A stretch of DNA of 32,000 nucleotides from Demequinaceae bacterium (GTDB taxonomy: Bacteria > Actinomycetota > Actinomycetes > Actinomycetales > Demequinaceae). A model generated the notes under the pieces. The model ran no database searches, had not been told where the DNA came from, and saw only the letters and a program-made list of their open reading frames with translations. Of this stretch, positions 18,778 through 25,239 are shown in pieces (positions within the stretch are counted from its first letter, which is position 1; each line of letters opens with the position of its first letter). Both the position numbers and the translations under genes were made by a program. The stretch is taken from positions 780,001-812,000 of the forward strand of contig OZ252279.1 of assembly GCA_965250005.1 (NCBI GenBank), given 5' to 3'.

Positions 18778-19140
18778 CTAGCCCGCTTCCGCAGAGAGCA
18801 GGATGTCGACCTCAACGATCGCGCTCGGTTCAACCACCGCGAAGCCCAAGTTCGGCGCGGTGAGGTCATAGTCCGTGTAGTCGATCTCTATGGTGCCAAC
18901 GACCCGTATCTGGCTACCCTCGCGCTATGCCTCGATACGCGCCGACTCGTCCAGCGAAACGCCGTGGAGCACCATGCTCCCGAGCACGTCAACGGAGATG
19001 GGGCCGTCGTCTAGGTCCGTGATATCCAGCTCAGACGTGAACGTGAAAAGCGCGTCGGGAAAGTCCGCCAGTTCGAGGTGACCGCGAAAGAAGGCATCCC
19101 GCGACTCGTTGCCCGTCTTGACAGTCGCTAGGTCGATGCC
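18778..19140 (-). pseudogene. YceI-family lipid/polyisoprenoid-binding protein remnant (N-terminally truncated, internal TAG)
   Basis: My minus-strand translation reads ...GIDLATVKTGNESRDAFFRGHLELADFPDALFTFTSELDITDLDDGPISVDVLGSMVLHGVSLDESARIEA*REGSQIRVVGTIEIDYTDYDLTAPNLGFAVVEPSAIVEVDILLSAEAG*. It aligns by eye to the YceI C-terminal two-thirds. There is an in-frame TAG at 18925-18927, a further stop upstream, and no start or signal peptide. Confidence 0.55.
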
Positions 19141-19213
19141 TGCTTGCTCGTGGCAAGCCGGAGGGCGCGCGCATCGCTACGGCAAGGTCGCAGTTTCTTG
19201 AACTCGGCCGGAG

Positions 19214-19816
19214 CTATCTGCTGCCGCGCCGCTTGGTGATGATTTTGCTGAACACGAATCGCGCTACCACGAGCAAAAGGAATCCGGCGACAATGCGCAG
19301 TACCAACGTCGAGTCTCCCGCGTCGACCTGAGCACTCGCGGCGGGCTCGCGCGAACCAGGCGCCCCCTCCGATGGTTCCGCATCGCCGGGTATCGCGTCT
19401 GCCGACGGGTCAGGCGAGTTAGCGGCTGCCGAGGGCTCGCCTGCCGCGCCTGCGACGGTGAATTCGAGCGCACCGTCGATCGGATGCCCGTCGGCCGAAA
19501 CCACGCGCCAGGTGACAACGTACGGTCCGTCGCCAAGGTCCTCCACCGGCGTCACCGCGAGTCCGCCGCTGCGTATCTCTACAGGAGCGGCGGCGCGGTC
19601 GATGCCGTCGGCGTCGACAATCGCAACTGACGCGCCAATGTCGAGAAGCTCTCCTGAAAACGTCAAAGTAACTTCCGTGAGCTCGGCGACGGTCGCCCCC
19701 TGCGTTGGGGTGGACGCGACGAACCCGGTATGCGCGAACGCCGCCGAGCCGGATCCAAATGCGACACCGAGCCCAAGCGCAATTGCCGTCAGCACTTTGA
19801 TCTTGCCTACCGTCAT
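19214..19816 (-). CDS. copC: CopC-domain copper-binding protein with signal peptide and C-terminal membrane anchor
   Basis: 200 aa. The signal peptide ends ...SAAFA/HTGF, giving a mature N-terminal His. The CopC core is GPYVVTWRVVSADGHPIDGALEFTV, followed by a Pro/Ala/Glu/Ser linker and then the TM helix LVLRIVAGFLLLVVARFVF. Confidence 0.8.
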   Translation of the reverse strand: MTVGKIKVLTAIALGLGVAFGSGSAAFAHTGFVASTPTQGATVAELTEVTLTFSGELLDIGASVAIVDADGIDRAAAPVEIRSGGLAVTPVEDLGDGPYVVTWRVVSADGHPIDGALEFTVAGAAGEPSAAANSPDPSADAIPGDAEPSEGAPGSREPAASAQVDAGDSTLVLRIVAGFLLLVVARFVFSKIITKRRGSR

Positions 19817-19898
19817 GCCTCAATCCTGGCACGCGTGCAGGATAAGGTTTCGCAGCGGTGGACGCCGCGATCGCCCAAGGGCACCTGAGCGGGGCAAG

Positions 19899-21080
19899 AT
19901 GGTTGCCATGAAGGTTGCGTTGGTGGCTGAGTCCTTCCTGCCGCATTCCAACGGCGTGACAAACTCTCTGCTGCGCGTGATCGAACATCTCGCCGAGCGA
20001 GGGGATGAAGCGATGGTGATCGCTCCGGAATCGAGCCGCTCCGAAGGGCCCGCGCGCTACGGTATCGCGTCAATTACCCGGGTTCCAGCAATGGGCTGGC
20101 CGGGCTATCGCGACGTGCGCTTGAACCTCAGCGGAGTGGGCAAGATCGCTGACATCCTCGAGAACTACGGCCCCGACGTGGTCCACCTAGCGTCCCCGTT
20201 CACGTTGGGATGGACCGCGATCCGGGCAGCGGACAAGCTGGGGCTGCCGACCGTGGCGGTCTATCAGACCGAGATCCCCTCGTACGCGGGCAAATACCGC
20301 GGGGCCTGGAGTCAGCCACTACTGTGGAACCGTGTGCGCAACATCCACGATCGCGCCACGCTAACGCTCGCGCCGTCCACCTACGCCGTGGCGCAACTCG
20401 AGGACCTGGGAATCGCGCACATCCGACTCTGGCCGCGCGGCGTAGACGCGATTCGCTTCGGCCCCGACAAGCGCAGCGCCGACGTACGCACGCGATTCTC
20501 TCCCCACGGCGAGGTTGTCGTCGGGTACGTGGGACGCCTCGCGCCCGAGAAGCGCGTCGAGGACCTCGCAAGGCTCGCCGCCGTGGACGGCATTTCGGTG
20601 GTCGTTGTGGGAGAGGGCCCCTCGCGCGGCAAACTTGCCGCGAAGCTTCCTGGCGCCACGTTTACGGGGTTCCTGGATGGCGAAGAGCTGGCCGAGGCCG
20701 TCGCGAGTCTCGACGTCTTCGTGCACTGCGGGGAACTCGAAACGTTCTGCCAGACAATTCAGGAGGCGCTCGCCTCAGGTGTCCCGTGCGTCGCGCCGCG
20801 GCGGGGCGGGCCGATCGACCTGATCCAGCACGGAAACACCGGGTTTCTCTACCCGCCGGGAGACTTGGACGCGATGGTCGCAGCCGTCAAAGAGCTTGTC
20901 GACGACGCCCCGATGCGTGCCGAATTCGCACGGCGCGCGCGCACTTCTGTTATCGGCCGCACATGGGACAACGTCTGCACCGCGTTGATCGCCCACTATG
21001 AGGACGCCATCCGCCTTAATGACACGCTTCCCAACCCGCGCTCGGACGGCGCTACGAGTTCCAACAGGGAAGCCTCCTAA
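19899..21080 (+). CDS. GT4-family (GT-B fold) glycosyltransferase, MgtA/Rv0557-like
   Basis: The start is ATG 19899 or 19908; the track ORF from 19458 is antisense to copC. The N-terminal KVALVAESFLPHSNGVTNSLLRVIEHL resembles, from memory, the actinobacterial alpha-mannosyltransferase MgtA. The E-x7-E region is ELETFCQTIQEALASGVP. Confidence 0.8.
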   Translation: MVAMKVALVAESFLPHSNGVTNSLLRVIEHLAERGDEAMVIAPESSRSEGPARYGIASITRVPAMGWPGYRDVRLNLSGVGKIADILENYGPDVVHLASPFTLGWTAIRAADKLGLPTVAVYQTEIPSYAGKYRGAWSQPLLWNRVRNIHDRATLTLAPSTYAVAQLEDLGIAHIRLWPRGVDAIRFGPDKRSADVRTRFSPHGEVVVGYVGRLAPEKRVEDLARLAAVDGISVVVVGEGPSRGKLAAKLPGATFTGFLDGEELAEAVASLDVFVHCGELETFCQTIQEALASGVPCVAPRRGGPIDLIQHGNTGFLYPPGDLDAMVAAVKELVDDAPMRAEFARRARTSVIGRTWDNVCTALIAHYEDAIRLNDTLPNPRSDGATSSNREAS

Positions 21081-22213
21081 TGCGGATCGCGCACGTCGCC
21101 AACTTCTACGGCCCTACGTCAGGGGGCCTTCGCACCGCGATCCATGCTCTCGGCAGCGGCTACTCCCAGCGGGGCCACGAGTTTCTCATGATCGTCCCGG
21201 GCGTCGTCGACTCGGACAAGCAGACCGAATTCGGCCGCCGCGTGACGGTGCGCGCACCCGTGATTCCGTTCACCGGCGGGTACCGCGTGATCCTGCGCAT
21301 CCGGCGCGTGCGCGCGGTGCTCACCCAGTTCGATCCGCACCGGCTGGAAGTATCAGATCGGACCACCTTGCACGGACTTGGCGGCTGGGCGGCCAAGCGA
21401 GGGCTGCGATCGACCTTCTTCAGCCACGAGCGCGCCGACGGGATCCTCCGCGCGAACATCCCGCGATGGCTTCACGTGACTGTCCCCATCACCTGGCTTG
21501 TGAATGTTCACAATCGAGGGACGGCAAAGAGGTTTAGTACGGTCGTGTGCACCACGGGGTACGCGGCCGTGGAGTTCGACCGCCTGCACCTGCCGTCGGC
21601 GCGCGTGCCGCTCGGCGTGGACCTCGAAGCGTTCAATCCCGAGCGTTTCGACGCGCGCGTACGGGAGCGCTACGCCGCAGAAGGCGAGGCGCTCGTGGTG
21701 ATGGCGAGCAGACTGTCGAAGGAAAAGAGGCCCGGCCTGGCCATCGAGGCGGTGCGCAAACTTGCCGACGAGGGTGTCGCGATCCGACTCGTGAGCGCGG
21801 GAACGGGCGCAATCGCCCGGCAGGTCGAAAGCGATGCTCGCGGCGCTCCCGTGACGTTCCTCGGCTTCGTGGACGGGCGCGGTGACTACGCGGCCCTACT
21901 GGCATCGGCCGATGTGCTCGTAGCGCCGGGGCCCATCGAGACCTTCGGACTTGCGGCGCTCGAAGCGCTCGCTTCGGGCACGCCCGCCGTCGTGAATTCT
22001 CAGAGCGCACTCCCCGAGGTGGTCGGTGACGCGGGGGCCATCGCCGCGCCCTCTGCCGCGGGTTTCACCGCCGGGCTCCGCGAGGTTCTGGCGCGAGATC
22101 CAGTGGAGCGTCGAGCTGCGGCACGGACGCGTGCCGAGCAGTTTCCGTGGAGCGCCACGGTCGAGCGCATGCTCGCGATCTACGGTTCCGACGACCACCG
22201 GCCCGGCGAGTAG
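21080..22213 (+). CDS. GT4-family glycosyltransferase (second of a pair)
   Basis: 377 aa (MRIAHVANFYGPTSGGLRTAI...) with the E-x7-E region IETFGLAALEALASGTP. The start overlaps the previous stop (TAATG). Confidence 0.75.
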   Translation: MRIAHVANFYGPTSGGLRTAIHALGSGYSQRGHEFLMIVPGVVDSDKQTEFGRRVTVRAPVIPFTGGYRVILRIRRVRAVLTQFDPHRLEVSDRTTLHGLGGWAAKRGLRSTFFSHERADGILRANIPRWLHVTVPITWLVNVHNRGTAKRFSTVVCTTGYAAVEFDRLHLPSARVPLGVDLEAFNPERFDARVRERYAAEGEALVVMASRLSKEKRPGLAIEAVRKLADEGVAIRLVSAGTGAIARQVESDARGAPVTFLGFVDGRGDYAALLASADVLVAPGPIETFGLAALEALASGTPAVVNSQSALPEVVGDAGAIAAPSAAGFTAGLREVLARDPVERRAAARTRAEQFPWSATVERMLAIYGSDDHRPGE

Positions 22214-22222
22214 TCGCGGGCG

Positions 22223-24169
22223 CTAAGCCCCGATGTAGCAGTAGTAGACGATCCCGAACGCGATCCACGGCAAGAGCAGCCACGGTGCGATGAAGCACCA
22301 CATCTGCCACGACGTTCGCCGGATGCGCCAGAACCACCAGGCGAGGAACGCGATGCCCACTACGGGCAGCACCCACCACCAGCCGGGTCCGACCCACCAC
22401 CACCACACAAACACCCAAGCGATGGTGGCGCCAAAGGCAACCCACATCCACGACCGCCACCATGGGCGGCGCAGCGCGTGCGCGTACAGGTAGAGCCCGA
22501 CCCACGGCAGCCAGAAGACGCCCAAGAAGATCGCGCTCCACCACATCGACCAGGCCGGGACAGCACTCTGCCACTGCAGGGCGAGGATGACGACGACAAC
22601 CTGAACGCCCGCCCAAATCGCCGCGGCGCGCCTGAACCACGGGCGCCACCAGCTCGGCTGGTGAGTTGCGGCCCAATCGACCAACAGCCACAGCGCAACA
22701 ATCCACGGTATGAGCAGCCCCCACGACCATCCCCACCCGCTGACGAGCGTGAAAACGAACGTGAATAGCCACACGGGGATCCAGAAGAATATGAGGAGGA
22801 ACCACAGCGTCCACCAACTCCACCACGAGGCCGTGCTCCACCACACGCGCACGATGCCGACCTCGACGAGTACGAAGAGAGCGACGAGCAGCCAGCACCA
22901 CCACAAGTCCCAGAAGAGGTTTCCCCAAATCAGCCACGGCAACCACAACCAGGGAAGGAAGAACAGCAGCGTGGACCGCGAGGCGGCCCAACCACCTGCG
23001 TTGGCCCGCCAGAACCACCACAGAACAGCGACGCCGAAAACTGGCAGCAACCACGCCCACAGGTGCCACGTGGCCCACACGAATACCCCCGCGCCCACGA
23101 CGGCGAACGCCTGCCACGCCCAGGTGCGCCACCACGGCAGGCGGCTCGCGACGAAGCGCGCATAGAACAGCGCCGGCACCAGCCAGAAAACTGTGAGCAG
23201 CAAGCCCGCGGTCAGCCACCAACTGGTTGACCCCCAAATGAGGAGCGCGATCGCTGCCGCTGTCCACGCGCCGAGCGCCAGCCACAGCGAACTGGGCTTG
23301 GGCCCCGCCCGCCTCAGCGAGAGGACCCACGGCAGCGGCACCAAGAAGGCAAACGGCACCCACCACCAGCCCGGCATGGCAACACCGGCACCAGTGATCC
23401 CGTACGTGAAGCCGTAGACGAGGAAGGGCACCCACACGAGGTGCAGGATTGCCCCCCAGAGCGACCAGCGCCACCACGACGCGGTCCGCCACCACACGAC
23501 AACCGCGCACAGGAAGACGAAGACGATGAAGAGCTTGAGGCCCCAGCACCACCAGCAGGTCGTGCTCGACGAGGTGCCACCTGATTCCGTTGCTTCGTCG
23601 GCCGCGGAGGTGGTCCCCGGCTCGCTAGTGGTCTCGGGCTCGGAGGTGGTTTCGGGCTCGGCAACGGTCTCGGGCTCCGAGGGAGTCTCCGCGCCCGGCG
23701 CAGAGCGCGGTACGCCTAAACCGTCGAATATGCAGATCGATACTGGCAATCCGGTCGCCATCGAGAAGGCGATGACCTCGATGGTGTCGCTTTCGACCAA
23801 GCTCGTCAGGCGGTCCGGCGGCATCTCTATCGAACAACCTGTGGCGTCTCGACACTGAGTACCGGAATCTTCGGCGTAGCCCCCGTGTACCGCCTGCCCG
23901 TTGACAAAGACTTCGATCTGCAGCGGGAGGAGGGCGCGGACATCGACCGTGTTGCTCGCCAGGATGATTTCTACCTGCTGGCCGATTGGCAACTCACTTG
24001 TGAGTTCGCCGGTTTCCCAGTTGTAAAACTCCCAGGTGAAGTCGTCGGTCGCCGGGTCTGTGAGGGTGCTGGCGTGAGCTGCGCCGGAGAACAACAGCGG
24101 CGCGGCGACGGCAACGAGCGCGGCGAGCAGCCATCTTCGAAGTGTCGTCAGGCGCGTGGTCTTCAGCAC
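22223..24169 (-). CDS. Extremely Trp-rich secreted/polytopic membrane protein of unknown family
   Basis: A 666-codon uninterrupted frame (22223..24223). GTG 24169 is preferred as the start because GGGGAGGG (24177-24184) lies 7 nt upstream. The product has a Sec signal peptide (RRWLLAALVAVAAPLLFSGAAHA/ST), a soluble domain of ~125 aa, an acidic P/T/E/S linker, then ~444 aa of hydrophobic helices separated by Arg-rich loops. Third positions are GC-rich in this frame. Confidence 0.75.
   Translation of the reverse strand: MLKTTRLTTLRRWLLAALVAVAAPLLFSGAAHASTLTDPATDDFTWEFYNWETGELTSELPIGQQVEIILASNTVDVRALLPLQIEVFVNGQAVHGGYAEDSGTQCRDATGCSIEMPPDRLTSLVESDTIEVIAFSMATGLPVSICIFDGLGVPRSAPGAETPSEPETVAEPETTSEPETTSEPGTTSAADEATESGGTSSSTTCWWCWGLKLFIVFVFLCAVVVWWRTASWWRWSLWGAILHLVWVPFLVYGFTYGITGAGVAMPGWWWVPFAFLVPLPWVLSLRRAGPKPSSLWLALGAWTAAAIALLIWGSTSWWLTAGLLLTVFWLVPALFYARFVASRLPWWRTWAWQAFAVVGAGVFVWATWHLWAWLLPVFGVAVLWWFWRANAGGWAASRSTLLFFLPWLWLPWLIWGNLFWDLWWCWLLVALFVLVEVGIVRVWWSTASWWSWWTLWFLLIFFWIPVWLFTFVFTLVSGWGWSWGLLIPWIVALWLLVDWAATHQPSWWRPWFRRAAAIWAGVQVVVVILALQWQSAVPAWSMWWSAIFLGVFWLPWVGLYLYAHALRRPWWRSWMWVAFGATIAWVFVWWWWVGPGWWWVLPVVGIAFLAWWFWRIRRTSWQMWCFIAPWLLLPWIAFGIVYYCYIGA
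23612..23683 (-). repeat. Four imperfect 18-bp tandem repeats encoding the EPET(T/V)(S/A) linker of the Trp-rich protein
   Basis: The plus-strand units are ggtccccggctcgctagt / ggtctcgggctcggaggt / ggtttcgggctcggcaac / ggtctcgggctccgaggg. On the minus strand they translate to ...PSEPETVAEPETTSEPETTSEPGTT.... Confidence 0.6.
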
Positions 24170-24309
24170 GTTGCTACCCTCCCCAGGTTCGCAAGCCTTA
24201 GTTAACCGTAGGACCGCGGCCATGTCTAGAGTGAGATCGTCCTGCGCGCCAATGGCGGACGGAAGGAGAACGGGTTCATCGACTTGGTCAGGGTTCTAAA
24301 GAGCCCGTC
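24170..24309. promoter_or_regulatory. Divergent intergenic region between the Trp-rich protein gene and the HTH gene (promoters not resolved)
   Basis: A 140-bp spacer between oppositely oriented starts. The only element I can point to is the SD GGGGAGGG at 24177-24184 for the minus-strand gene. Confidence 0.3.
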
Positions 24310-24750
24310 ATGGTGGACCTCTCTGAAGCTGACTCGAACAAATGGAACAAGCTTGTGGCCCACCTCTCGAAACCTCAGGCTACCCCTGTCGTGGAGGGAG
24401 GCGTCGCGCTCGCGGCTCAGCCTGGTTCGAAACAGATCCAACGACGTTTCACCGAAGCGGAAGAACTCCTGGTAATCGCCGACTACAAGGCGGGCGGCAC
24501 CGTCTACTCTCTCGCGGCCAAGCACGGATGCCACCGCACGACGATCAGTCGCATATTGAGGTCGAGCAAGATTCGGCTCGCAAATTCACCGACCGACCCT
24601 GCCACAGTCGATGAAATCGTTCGACTTTACGAATCGGGGCTCTCAATGAGCAAGGTTGCTCAACGGGTAGGCGTCTCCGCGAAGACTGTTCTCAACGTGT
24701 TGCGCAAGCGACGGATACCAACACGGGATGCACATGGCCGCAAACGCTAA
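24310..24750 (+). CDS. Small DNA-binding protein with two tandem helix-turn-helix units
   Basis: 146 aa. Unit 1 is LLVIADYKAGGTVYSLAAKHGCHRTTISRILRSS and unit 2 is IVRLYESGLSMSKVAQRVGVSAKTVLNVLRKRR, followed by a basic tail. Many A/T-ending codons make it atypical for this window. The RBS is weak. Confidence 0.6.
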   Translation: MVDLSEADSNKWNKLVAHLSKPQATPVVEGGVALAAQPGSKQIQRRFTEAEELLVIADYKAGGTVYSLAAKHGCHRTTISRILRSSKIRLANSPTDPATVDEIVRLYESGLSMSKVAQRVGVSAKTVLNVLRKRRIPTRDAHGRKR

Positions 24751-25239
24751 CGAGAGTCTCGTACGCAGTCGGCGGGGCTGGTCAGCCGGTACTGGATCGC
24801 TTTCTTGAGCTGTGTGAGGCGAGTGTTTCTTCAGGACGGCCAATTGAATTTGTGTGAGTGCGTTCAGGGGTCACTGGATGCCTCGGGTTAGCCGTGCCAG
24901 TTGCGGCCCAGGCATATAGGTCTCGCTAAATATGGCGTTCTACTGAGGCGTCGATATGAATTGCAGTCCGACACCTGAACCTTGTTCGACGCGTTCGGGG
25001 CCACCTGAGTTGTCCACAGAAGCCTGATAGTCGCGGCGTTTGGGTTGTGGCATTGGTCACGGATTGAAGCGTTTCGGGGCCCCAAAGTAAGCGCATATGG
25101 CGCAAAATGGTGCAAACCTGCGTGCCCATTCAATCGAGTGTTTTGATTTCAACAAGACAAATTTGGTGATCTCTGCCATGTTCTTGTCAACACTTTCACT
25201 CGAGTTACCTGGGCTAACGCCCGTCCCTGAAGGGGATAC
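24751..25239 (+). promoter_or_regulatory. AT-richer 5' region of the rhs gene (promoter not resolved) with SD AGGGGA at 25231-25236
   Basis: GC is visibly lower here than elsewhere in the window (about 45-55 % in stretches I counted). -35-like hexamers are present (TTGATT 25144, TTGTCA 25185) but have no convincing -10 partner. An in-frame TGA at 25228-25230 fixes ATG 25240 as the first possible start. Confidence 0.3.

Noticed and set aside
19829-19838. Perfect 10-bp palindrome GCACGCGTGC in the copC/GT4 divergent spacer as a possible operator
   Set aside because: About 30 such 10-bp palindromes are expected by chance in 32 kb. The flanks do not extend the symmetry, and it does not resemble a copper-regulator operator I know.
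22290-23417. His/Pro/Thr/Gln-rich plus-strand ORFs (22290..22493, 22478..22768, 22710..23165, 23193..23417)
   Set aside because: They are mirror images of the TGG-rich minus strand (CCA/CAC/ACC codons). They are short and interrupted, while the minus frame is open for 666 codons.
22065-23552. 495-aa same-strand alternative frame overlapping the Trp-rich gene and the 3' end of the second GT4 gene
   Set aside because: It is an Arg/Val/Ala/Gly-rich translation with no signal peptide, SD or helix pattern, and it runs antisense into a well-supported GT4 gene. The Trp-rich frame has an SD, a signal peptide, conserved internal repeats and GC-rich third positions.
24643-24843. Minus-strand fragment ...RLTQLKKAIQYRLTSPADCVRDSR* that looked like a possible transposase or integrase C-terminal remnant next to the HTH gene
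   Set aside because: Only ~27 codons lie between stops, it overlaps the 3' end of the HTH gene, and I recognise no family signature.
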